Shown here piece after piece: positions 18,850-27,434 of a stretch of DNA of 64,000 nt. Every line of letters starts with the position of its first letter. Position 1 is the first letter of the stretch. A program made the position numbers and the translations under genes. The stretch comes from Patescibacteria group bacterium (GTDB lineage: Bacteria; Patescibacteriota; Patescibacteriia; Patescibacteriales; UBA12465): assembly GCA_041661685.1 (NCBI GenBank), contig JBAZTY010000002.1, positions 93,126-157,125 of the forward strand, written 5' to 3'. The notes under the pieces are model-generated. The model had not been told where the DNA came from, did not search any database, and saw nothing but the letters and a program-made list of their open reading frames with translations.

Positions 18850-21546
18850 ATGGCTAAAAAAATTAAAATAATAGGCTTATCCTTAAGCTTTTTGGTAATG
18901 CTTTTAGCGGCCGGTTTTTTATTATCGGTTGATTTTGCGTCGGCTCAAGATTTTGGGATCAATCAAGTTAATACCGGCCTAGCCGGCTCTTTAAGTTCGA
19001 CCGACCCGAGAGTGATCATTGGTCGTATTATCCAATGGGCTTTAGGCTTCTTGGGCGTTATCGCTATCTCCCTAATAATGTACGCTGGTTTCCTATGGAC
19101 GACTTCCGGAGGCGAAGAAGAAAAGATATCTCAAGCTAAGAAGATTTTAATGAATGCGGCTATCGGCTTGGCGATTATTTTATCTTCATGGGGCATTACG
19201 ACCTTCATCCTTTCTCGTCTTTTAATCGCCACCGGCGCTAATGTCGGCGACACAGGCAATGGAGCAGGCGTAGCTTCTTTGAGTTCCGGCATCGGCTCTA
19301 TCGGCGCTTGCACTATCGCTAGCACTTACCCGGAGAACGGTCAGGCCGACGTGCCGCGCAACACCTCGATCATGATTACCTTTAAGGAAGATCTGCAATT
19401 AAACTCCGTCTGCGTGAACAGCGCCGGCGCCGCTTGTGATTGCGACTCTGGAGATTGCAATAAGATAAATCCTTTCGCTATCCGCCTTTATAAAACTGAA
19501 TTCGGCGATGCTTGTTCAAACTCCTCCTGTCCGAGCTCTAATGCTAATGTCACTAACGTGATTGCCAGCGTCAGCGGCGCTAACAGGACCTTGATTTTGA
19601 TGCCTTTGAGTCCGTTAGGCTCGACCGATAGTAATACCGCTTATTCTGTTAAGCTGACTAGCCATGTCAAGAAGACGGACGGATCTTCGATGTTTAAGAA
19701 TTGCAATTCCGACTTTGCGCAATGGGACTTCACCGTCAATACTAATTTCGATCTGACGCCGCCTATAGTAGCTCCGGCCGGGATCTTCCCGTTGCCGGAT
19801 AATCAAGCGGATCTTTATAGGGTTGTAACTCCGGCCGCGGCCGCTACTGGCGCGATTACTGTTTCTGCTCGCCCGAATACTTATGCGGCCGCTAGCGTGG
19901 ATAGCATCACTCCTAATACTGCCAGTGTTATCCTTAATTATCATGGGGGCTTAGCTAATTTTAAAGTCATAGTTCCGGCTGATGCGCCTGATAAGGCTCA
20001 GCTGTTCGATTCTTCTAATAATCTTTTAGGTATCGCCGATTTCAGTGCGACGGGCGAAGCGGTCTTTGCTGATTTTCTAACCTTGACGGCGGCTAGCCAT
20101 CCGGCCGGCAGCTTGTGGACTATTTCGATCACTCCCGAAAGATTAGCCGATACCCTGACCATCAATGATACGGTCTATACTTTTGCCGCTACGGGTGAAA
20201 ATAATAATATTACCGTTCCGGCCAATGGCGATGTCAATGTCCAGGCTTCTAATATTCAAGCGAAATTGAGCGGTCAGGCTGATATTAATGTCTCTCTCAG
20301 CGGGACGACTGTCGGTTTAAGCGCGAAAGTAGCCGGTACGGCTGGAAATAATATTGCCGTGACCACGACTAACACCAGCGCTCTGTCCGTGCGCGCTTTG
20401 ACCGGCGGCAAAGATCGCCAGGAATTGAGCCAGTCTAAGGATAGACAGGATAGGCCGATGAATTCCGCTATTCAGATAAATTTTAATGAAGCGATTAATC
20501 CGATGACTGTTTCCGGTTCGGCGAGCGAAGTGGCTAATTATATAAGAGTAGTCAATGCTAACGCTTCCAGTTCTTTAGCTGGCGTAGCCTGCAGCCGCGA
20601 TTCTGATTGTCGGTCTTATAAATGCCAGAATAGCACTTGCGTAGGCGCTTATTTAGGAGGGAAGTTCAAGGTTAGCAACGGCTATAAGACTTTAGAATTT
20701 ATTTCTGATGTTAAATGCGGCGTCAACGGCTGTGGCGAAGAGATTTATTGTCTTCCGGCTAATAGCCATCTTTCTCTGGAGCTGATGGCGGCTAATCTGA
20801 AAGCTTGTACGTCCGACACCGATTGCGCGGCTTTCGCTCCTTTTAAAACTTGCGGCACGACCGCACTCGGCTACCGCACTTGCCAGGATTCCGAGGGGCG
20901 TAATTACCCGACCGCTAATTTGAATAGTCTCGATGGCATTGTCGATGCGGCTATAAATTCTTTTGACGGCGCCCGTAATACCTATTCCGACGGCCCTTTG
21001 TCTTTTTATGATGAGAATTTGGCCGCGACTACAACCGCCGTTAACATGGATAATTATAAATGGTCTTTCTATATTAATGATCAGATTATGACGACTCCGC
21101 CTCAGATAACTTCGATCACTCCGATTCAAGGACAGAGCGGGATAAGCTTGGCTGATCCGATCACTGTAAATTTCAGCACGCTGATGCTTAACAGCACGCT
21201 CGATACCGGCAGCGTCATGGTTGCTAACGGATCTTCTACCTTCGAGCATAAATTAGTAAATCTTCGTTCTTCTTCGCCGAGCGCTCTGGGCTATTGGATT
21301 TTGAGCGAGAATCAGGATGTCGCGCCTTTGGACGGAGAGCCGGATCTGACCGTCGCTAAGATTTTTCATTCTCCTTTCGCGGAATCTTTAACCTTTAAAG
21401 CTCAAGTTGGTTCCGGCGTTAAAGATATTTATCAGAATTGCTATAAGCCGAGTATCGGTCCGGGCTGCGCCGCTACAGCCGAACAACCCTCCTGCTGCTT
21501 CGGTTCTTTGACCAGTGTTCTGGGTTCTGATGGCAATTGCCAATAA
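18850..21546 (+). CDS. 898-aa secreted protein: N-terminal VirB2/TrbC-pilin-like membrane module + Ig-like repeats + Cys-rich segments
   Basis: Signal peptide, then two hydrophobic helices (IIGRIIQWALGFLGVIAISLIMYAGFLW .. AIGLAIILSSWGITTFILSRL). Several SbsA/Big-like openings follow (YPENGQADVPRNTSIMITF, MNSAIQINFNEAINPMT, ITSITPIQGQSGISLADPITVNF). Confidence 0.8.
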   Translation: MAKKIKIIGLSLSFLVMLLAAGFLLSVDFASAQDFGINQVNTGLAGSLSSTDPRVIIGRIIQWALGFLGVIAISLIMYAGFLWTTSGGEEEKISQAKKILMNAAIGLAIILSSWGITTFILSRLLIATGANVGDTGNGAGVASLSSGIGSIGACTIASTYPENGQADVPRNTSIMITFKEDLQLNSVCVNSAGAACDCDSGDCNKINPFAIRLYKTEFGDACSNSSCPSSNANVTNVIASVSGANRTLILMPLSPLGSTDSNTAYSVKLTSHVKKTDGSSMFKNCNSDFAQWDFTVNTNFDLTPPIVAPAGIFPLPDNQADLYRVVTPAAAATGAITVSARPNTYAAASVDSITPNTASVILNYHGGLANFKVIVPADAPDKAQLFDSSNNLLGIADFSATGEAVFADFLTLTAASHPAGSLWTISITPERLADTLTINDTVYTFAATGENNNITVPANGDVNVQASNIQAKLSGQADINVSLSGTTVGLSAKVAGTAGNNIAVTTTNTSALSVRALTGGKDRQELSQSKDRQDRPMNSAIQINFNEAINPMTVSGSASEVANYIRVVNANASSSLAGVACSRDSDCRSYKCQNSTCVGAYLGGKFKVSNGYKTLEFISDVKCGVNGCGEEIYCLPANSHLSLELMAANLKACTSDTDCAAFAPFKTCGTTALGYRTCQDSEGRNYPTANLNSLDGIVDAAINSFDGARNTYSDGPLSFYDENLAATTTAVNMDNYKWSFYINDQIMTTPPQITSITPIQGQSGISLADPITVNFSTLMLNSTLDTGSVMVANGSSTFEHKLVNLRSSSPSALGYWILSENQDVAPLDGEPDLTVAKIFHSPFAESLTFKAQVGSGVKDIYQNCYKPSIGPGCAATAEQPSCCFGSLTSVLGSDGNCQ
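18946..19225 (+). repeat. pilin-like N-terminal module, copy 1 (paralogous to 21639-21918)
   Basis: Protein-level alignment with copy 2: TGLAGSLSSTDPR.IIGRII..ALGFLGVIA..L..YAGFLW.TS.G.EEK...AKK.L.N..IGLAIILSSW.I..FI.SRL. Confidence 0.8.
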
Positions 21547-21557
21547 ATTAAAATTTT

Positions 21558-24500
21558 GTGAATAAAAAAGCAGTAAAAAATTTATTAGTCTTCTCCCTCT
21601 TGAGCCTCGGCTTGTTGGCGGCCAATTTCGCTTTGGCTCAGAATCTAGGTACTAATGAAGTCAGCACCGGTTTAGCCGGATCGTTGAGCTCAACTGATCC
21701 GCGTACTATTATTGGCCGGATAATTAATATCGCTTTAGGATTTTTGGGCGTAATCGCTGTCGGGCTGACTATCTATGCCGGTTTCTTATGGATGACTTCT
21801 AATGGTGATGAAGAAAAAGTTGAGATGGCTAAGAAAGTTTTGCGTAATAGTTTAATCGGCCTAGCCATCATCCTATCATCTTGGGCAATAGCGTCTTTTA
21901 TTATTTCTCGTCTTAGCGGCGCTGTTAACGGAACAAATGGCGGCTGTATTGATGGTGAGAGCATGTCTTGCGGCTGCGGCGGCGCGATGGTCTGCAGCAG
22001 TGGTTCTTATGGGTCGTGTGTCGGCTCTGATTGCAGCGGCGGCACAGGCAATGCTCCGACTAGTTGCGATTCCAGTACTCTGCCTGGCTGTCAGGCGGCC
22101 GCCCAAATCTGCGCTTCGACCGATTATTGTGATACCGATGATTGCGGCTGCAAACCGAAAGGAAATCTAGGCGATCCTTGCGATAGTGATCTGACCAATG
22201 CTTCCTGTGATGTTGATAATGGCCGCTGCTCTGAATATCTGACTTGCAATCCCTCAACTTGCACTTGCTATGGCCCCCCAGTCATAACCGCGATCAGCCC
22301 CGTCGGCGGTTTCTGCGATAGCAATCCTAATCAGACTTGCGCGGTTGATACTGACTGCGCGACAACTTGCAACCAGACGGCGCCGAATGGCACGGCCGGA
22401 AACTTCATTACCATTATTGGTAAGAATTTCGGCGCTTATTCAGCGACCTCAAGCCGAATAATCTTTGAAGGTAACGGCAGTCCGCGCGATGGTCAGAAGC
22501 CGGTAGAACTTAATTCCGCCTGTGTTGATACTTGGCGCGATAATGAGATTGTTATTGCCGTTCCGAGCGGCGTTGCCACCGGAGATATTAAAGTTATTAA
22601 TGCCGATAATCTTGAAGATACAACTAATAATTCATATGGCCCGGCGATCCCTGATTTTCAGGCGAACAATATTGCCCGCCCAGGCTTATGTTATCTGAAT
22701 CCTGATCGAGGCGCTTTAAGTTCGCAGATTGGTTATCAGGGGATAAATTTGTATTCCGGCAACGCTTACTTCGGCAGTTATCAGAGCAATGTCCAAGCTT
22801 TGAGCTCTGTCTTCAATAATACTGCCGGATTGACCGGAACCTCGACGATTCCGAATATCAAATCAGGAGAATCTGGCAGCTTCGTTCAGAATAATATTAA
22901 TGGCCATCAAGAGAAGAGTAATTATTTAAGCTTCACTAAGGAATCAGAACCGGGCGAAGGCCCTTTCATCTCTTCATTCGCTCCGATCGAAGGCAACGCT
23001 GGACAATATGTGACTATCAGAGGCAACGGTTTCGGCGGCGCGCGCGGCACCTCGCAGATTTTTTTCGGCAATACTGAAGCCGCCTATGATTTTCCAGACA
23101 TGTGTCTTAATTCGGTCTGGAAAGATAACCAGATCATTGTTAAAGTTCCGGCCGGATTAGCTGATGGCTATCAGGTTATCAAGGTAGTCAAGGGCACGAC
23201 GACTTTAGACACCCAGAAACTTAATCCTAATACTTTTCATTCCGATAAGAATCTAGATTTGTCTACTAGCATTTGCAAAATTGATCCGGAATTTGGTCCA
23301 GCCGCTACGCCGGTCACCCTCTGGGGAGAATATTTTGGTACGCTTAGCAGCGAAGGCCTGATTCACTTTAATTATCAGAAAGCGGCTACGGGAACTATCG
23401 CGAGAGACGGCTGGGCTGATACTATTAAGACTGTCGTTCCTGTCGGTACGATTACCGGTCCGGTCAGAGTCATTAAGAAGAGCCAATGGGGCAATGAATT
23501 GAATTTCGCTATTGGCGAATGTGCCGCTGATTCTGATTGCGGCACTCAGGTCTGCTGCCCGCAGAATACTTATAAAAAAGGACGCTGCGTCAATACGCTG
23601 GCGGATTGTTTCATAAATATCCCGACTTCTGTTTTTGAATGGAGTTTCAGCAGCGGCTTCGGCACTTCAACTCCGAACCCTTACGCCTATAGCTGTTCTG
23701 GTTTAGCTTCATATTTTGGTTCCTGTCAGACCGGCTCGACTTGTCCGAACGTTCCAGGCACTTGTTCTCCTTATGCTGGCGGCGGGACTAGGACTGTCGG
23801 CACTTGCGACTATACTTGCGCGGCCGTCGCGGGTTGCGGCGAATTAGGTTCCAATAATTGCACTTATGATGCCGCGGCGGATAAATGCTTGAAGAATGGC
23901 ACAGGTTCTACCTGCGATTTAGGTTCTACTTTAACGCTTGACGGGAAAGATTATTCTGCTATTTGTAATCAGGATAAGCATTGGGAAATAACTACTCCAT
24001 CATCCTGTCCAATCGGGCAGTCCGGAGATAATTGGACGAGAGCAAGCGGAAATCGCTGTATTAATTTAAGTTCGAATTGCTCTATCTGTTCGTCTGAGTT
24101 CACTTGCGAAGATGTTTCCGGAGCCGGCCGCTGCGTTTCTAAAAAAATCTGTCCGAGCGGCGCGACTTGTTCTGATAATCCTAATGCCGGCGAAGCCGAT
24201 AATTGCGTCGTTCCTGATCAGCCGACCTGCGATTGCTGCTGTACCATTGGCCAAGACGCGCGCGATTGCTGCGCTCCTCTAACTTGCCAAGGAACTTGCG
24301 GCTCCGATACTGGCAAGACTAGCGGCGCGACTTTAGGAAGCTGCGGCGGCTGCGCTGCTGTCGGCACGACTGCAGCTGAACATGACGCGGCCTGTAATTG
24401 TACTGGTCATGAAGGTCAATTCTGCAGCACCGGTAATCCCGCTTTTCCGGCTGGCGTCTGTACTGATTGTTCTAACCTCAGCGCTTCAGAATGTACCGAT

Positions 24501-27380
24501 CATAGCAATGCTTGCTGCTTAGATTCTAAGAAGACTGCGACTGCGGCTGATGATATTTGTCGCGGCGGCAACGGCTTATTGATTTCTTCTACTCCGGGTA
24601 ATGCTAATTATGGCTATTGCGCTTATTATGACTGTTCGGTTTCTAATCCTAATCAATGCGCCTCTTCGACTCCAGTTAAGATCGGTAATTATCCTAGTCT
24701 GGCTGCCTGCGCCGACGATTGTGCGAATGCCAATCCGTGTACCGGCCTTGATTTTACCGCCTGCCAAGCGAATTCCCGGTGCTGTTTTGACTCTAAGAAT
24801 ACTCCGGCGGTAAATGATGACGCTTGTTCTTTGGGTACGCCGATTTTAGGCGGCGCCGATGCTGGTTATTGCTCTTATTATAATTGCGATACTTCGTCAG
24901 ATCACGTTTTTGTCGGTAATGTTTGCGCTAGCACGACGCCGGCGCGGTTAGGAACTTTTAATAATTTAGCTTCTTGCGATAAGACTTGCGCCAATCCGCC
25001 GGTCGGTCCTGGCCTTTATTGCGCCGGACAGGCGACCTCGACCTGTTCGACCGATGCTTGTACCTTCGAAGGTTTCGGCTGCTTCTCACCGAGCGGGCTC
25101 TTAGGTTCTCAGGATATAGACTGCGGCACTTGCTGCTGCCAGCCGGTCGGAGTCAATGGCAACACGACTGATTCCTGCGCGGCTATGAATCCCAAACTGC
25201 AGTGCCTGGCTGATAAAGGCAATTGTTCCGGCGCCAGCCGAGGCTTATGCTGCGGTTGCTCCAGCGATAACGAATGCGGCTCGCCTTCTACGGTCGGTTG
25301 CGGTATTGATACTTGTTGTGAAGCGCGTCCGGCGATAACTAGTATCGTACCTGCCCATATGCAGGAAGACGTCTGCCGCAACGCTGTCATTCAGATTAAT
25401 TTCAACCAATCAATGGATACTAGCAGCTTGGTCGACAACACCATGTTGCTAGAGGAGCGCGCCTATGGAAGCGGCGTCTGTCCGGCGGGAACTTTCATAG
25501 CGGAAGCTGATTCAATTTCTAGTTTGTTGGCTCATAAGAACCGGAGTTTCCTAACCCGTTTGATTAGCCGCTTTGAAAGTAGATGGAAGGTGATAGTTAA
25601 GAATTTTTCTAATCAAGCTTTAGCTGACACTCCTAATCAGAATAACCTTTATTGCGCCATACCAGGAGCAGCTACGGGAGAAATTAACGGAGAGACGACC
25701 GTGGTATCTTTTACCCCCAAGAAGTTGTTGGCCGCCGCTTCTAATTATTACCTGATAGTTCTAGGCGATGCCAACTTGAATAGCCAATCCGGCGTGCTTA
25801 GCGCTGCCGGCATAGGATTCAATGGTCTCGGCTATTTTAATATCGATACCGCTGCCTATATACCCGGCGGCAGCATTAAGTTTAATAATAAGAGCTATGT
25901 TAATTCTCAGATATTTAAGTTTTCGACTTTGTCTGATCAAGGGCCGATGGCCGGGATCTGCGCTATTGATTATGTTAAGACATCACCATCTTCTTACCTC
26001 TTCAATACTACCGATAACGGATTGAATGAAAATGACGCGGATGCCGGCGACAAGACTTTTGACACAGTCGTTGATAAAGATAAGGTTTTTACGGCTCAAG
26101 CCTATAGCGGCGGCGGCCAGCCAATCCAGCCGACGACTGGATATTTCTGGATTTGGAATTTCCAAGTTAACAATCCGGCGGTGGCTGCCATTATTCCAGT
26201 TTCCGGATTGGCGAAAAATAAGGTTTTCGTTTCCGCGGTGAACGGGGTGACTGATGCCGAGACGCAGGTCAAAGCGACCGTCAATATGGATAGCTTCACC
26301 GCCGCTTCGTGCAACGGCGATAACTGCGCTTGCACCGATGAAACCTGCTCTAATAATTGCTGTAATGCTTATTCCGGCGGCAATGGCTATAATAATCCGG
26401 CCGATCTTTATGTCTTCTCATGCCAGAATCCTTGGCCGCCGGTTGCTAATAACGGCCTGTGGTCTCCTTGGGCTGATAATTGCGCTAATTTTATCGGTGG
26501 CGCTTGCGCTACCTACAATTATAAATTTTATTATTGCCGCGACGCCGGAACTTCCGGAACTTTGGATGATTTGCCGGCTATAATCAATCGCGCGGTCATC
26601 CGCGGGCAAGGATCCAGTCTCATTTGCAGTTCCGACCGCAGCACCTGTTCCGTAAGCGGAGCGGTCTGCGGCGTCGATAAGAATGGAGATGGCTCTCCTG
26701 ACGGTCTATGCATTTGGAACGTCTTGAAAGAATCTTATTTTTTCCGCGAGGCCGCTACTTCCGGCGGAACGATAACTAGCGCCACCGATCTCCAAACCGG
26801 CGGCGCTGTGACAATCGCCTGGACCTCCGCCGTCAGCCAGGTCGGCTCCTACAAGATTTATTATCTGAAGTCTAATAAAGGAACGATGCTGGAAAAAGCG
26901 ATTCCTCTCAGTTCTTGTTCTCTCGTCTCCTATCAATCCGATCACGTCGGAGATGTCTATAACTGCAACGCGACTATCACCGGCTTGGCTAATGATGTTC
27001 CTTATGTCTTCAAGGTCAGTGTGGTTTCCGATAATAAAGTTGAGAGTCCGTTATCTTCAGAGAAGAATGTAACTCCGACCGACAAAACTCCGCCGCCGGC
27101 TCCTGTGAGCTTAAGAGCCGTGGTTTCTACTACGACCGTCGCTTTCAGCTGGGCTACTTCTTCTGATGCCGTCCTCTATCGCCTTTATCATGGCATCAAG
27201 CCCGGCGCTTATGGGGAATCTTTTGATTCGGCTAGCGGTGCGGCGAATCTGTCTTTTGACGCCGGCCAATTCTCGTTGAACAGCGATTATTTTGCTGTGG
27301 CGGCACTTGACCAGTATAAGAACGAGAGCGCTAAATCAAAAGAATTATTCTGTATCAACAGCCAGTGTTCGTTGCAATAG
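21558..27380 (+). CDS. 1940-aa secreted giant protein: pilin-like N-terminal module, IPT/TIG-like repeats, very Cys-rich core, Ig-like and FN3 domains
   Basis: GTG start. The N-terminus is paralogous to the 898-aa protein. IPT-like units are present (PVITAISPVGG..GNFITIIGKNFG; PFISSFAPIEGNAGQYVTIRGNGFGG; ICKIDPEFGPAATPVTLWGEYFG). A Cys-dense centre follows (DCCCTIGQDARDCCAPLTCQGTCGSD, CGTCCCQP). The C-terminus is FN3-like (PPPAPVSLRAVVSTTTVAFSWATSSDAVLYRLYHG). Confidence 0.85.
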   Translation: MNKKAVKNLLVFSLLSLGLLAANFALAQNLGTNEVSTGLAGSLSSTDPRTIIGRIINIALGFLGVIAVGLTIYAGFLWMTSNGDEEKVEMAKKVLRNSLIGLAIILSSWAIASFIISRLSGAVNGTNGGCIDGESMSCGCGGAMVCSSGSYGSCVGSDCSGGTGNAPTSCDSSTLPGCQAAAQICASTDYCDTDDCGCKPKGNLGDPCDSDLTNASCDVDNGRCSEYLTCNPSTCTCYGPPVITAISPVGGFCDSNPNQTCAVDTDCATTCNQTAPNGTAGNFITIIGKNFGAYSATSSRIIFEGNGSPRDGQKPVELNSACVDTWRDNEIVIAVPSGVATGDIKVINADNLEDTTNNSYGPAIPDFQANNIARPGLCYLNPDRGALSSQIGYQGINLYSGNAYFGSYQSNVQALSSVFNNTAGLTGTSTIPNIKSGESGSFVQNNINGHQEKSNYLSFTKESEPGEGPFISSFAPIEGNAGQYVTIRGNGFGGARGTSQIFFGNTEAAYDFPDMCLNSVWKDNQIIVKVPAGLADGYQVIKVVKGTTTLDTQKLNPNTFHSDKNLDLSTSICKIDPEFGPAATPVTLWGEYFGTLSSEGLIHFNYQKAATGTIARDGWADTIKTVVPVGTITGPVRVIKKSQWGNELNFAIGECAADSDCGTQVCCPQNTYKKGRCVNTLADCFINIPTSVFEWSFSSGFGTSTPNPYAYSCSGLASYFGSCQTGSTCPNVPGTCSPYAGGGTRTVGTCDYTCAAVAGCGELGSNNCTYDAAADKCLKNGTGSTCDLGSTLTLDGKDYSAICNQDKHWEITTPSSCPIGQSGDNWTRASGNRCINLSSNCSICSSEFTCEDVSGAGRCVSKKICPSGATCSDNPNAGEADNCVVPDQPTCDCCCTIGQDARDCCAPLTCQGTCGSDTGKTSGATLGSCGGCAAVGTTAAEHDAACNCTGHEGQFCSTGNPAFPAGVCTDCSNLSASECTDHSNACCLDSKKTATAADDICRGGNGLLISSTPGNANYGYCAYYDCSVSNPNQCASSTPVKIGNYPSLAACADDCANANPCTGLDFTACQANSRCCFDSKNTPAVNDDACSLGTPILGGADAGYCSYYNCDTSSDHVFVGNVCASTTPARLGTFNNLASCDKTCANPPVGPGLYCAGQATSTCSTDACTFEGFGCFSPSGLLGSQDIDCGTCCCQPVGVNGNTTDSCAAMNPKLQCLADKGNCSGASRGLCCGCSSDNECGSPSTVGCGIDTCCEARPAITSIVPAHMQEDVCRNAVIQINFNQSMDTSSLVDNTMLLEERAYGSGVCPAGTFIAEADSISSLLAHKNRSFLTRLISRFESRWKVIVKNFSNQALADTPNQNNLYCAIPGAATGEINGETTVVSFTPKKLLAAASNYYLIVLGDANLNSQSGVLSAAGIGFNGLGYFNIDTAAYIPGGSIKFNNKSYVNSQIFKFSTLSDQGPMAGICAIDYVKTSPSSYLFNTTDNGLNENDADAGDKTFDTVVDKDKVFTAQAYSGGGQPIQPTTGYFWIWNFQVNNPAVAAIIPVSGLAKNKVFVSAVNGVTDAETQVKATVNMDSFTAASCNGDNCACTDETCSNNCCNAYSGGNGYNNPADLYVFSCQNPWPPVANNGLWSPWADNCANFIGGACATYNYKFYYCRDAGTSGTLDDLPAIINRAVIRGQGSSLICSSDRSTCSVSGAVCGVDKNGDGSPDGLCIWNVLKESYFFREAATSGGTITSATDLQTGGAVTIAWTSAVSQVGSYKIYYLKSNKGTMLEKAIPLSSCSLVSYQSDHVGDVYNCNATITGLANDVPYVFKVSVVSDNKVESPLSSEKNVTPTDKTPPPAPVSLRAVVSTTTVAFSWATSSDAVLYRLYHGIKPGAYGESFDSASGAANLSFDAGQFSLNSDYFAVAALDQYKNESAKSKELFCINSQCSLQ
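21639..21918 (+). repeat. pilin-like N-terminal module, copy 2
   Basis: See 18946-19225. Roughly two thirds of the residues are identical by eye over about 95 aa. Confidence 0.8.
24472..24998 (+). repeat. tandem ~85-aa Cys-rich module (two copies) inside the 1940-aa ORF
   Basis: Copy A is ..CTDHSNACCLDSKKTATAADDICRGG..GYCAYYDCSVSNPNQCASSTPVKIGNYPSLAACADDCAN. Copy B is ..CQANSRCCFDSKNTPAVNDDACSLG..GYCSYYNCDTSS..CASTTPARLGTFNNLASCDKTCAN. Confidence 0.75.
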
Positions 27381-27398
27381 TCCATTCGAACCGGCCAA

Positions 27399-27407
27399 CC
27401 CCCCCCC
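27399..27407 (+). repeat. C9 homopolymer in the intergenic region upstream of the 982-aa surface protein
   Basis: ccggccaaCCCCCCCCCatt: nine consecutive C, ending 27 nt before the ATG at 27435. Confidence 0.95.
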
Positions 27408-27434
27408 ATTAAAAGCTTACTAGTTTGTTAATAT

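Noticed and set aside
19615-26945. Many 60-185-aa ORFs on the minus strand or in alternative frames within the giant surface-protein genes (e.g. 20692-21249, 21876-22106, 25109-25390)
   Set aside because: All are nested in the long ORFs, which have consistent domain structure. Their Arg/Ala/Ser-rich composition is typical of off-frame translation of relatively GC-rich coding sequence.
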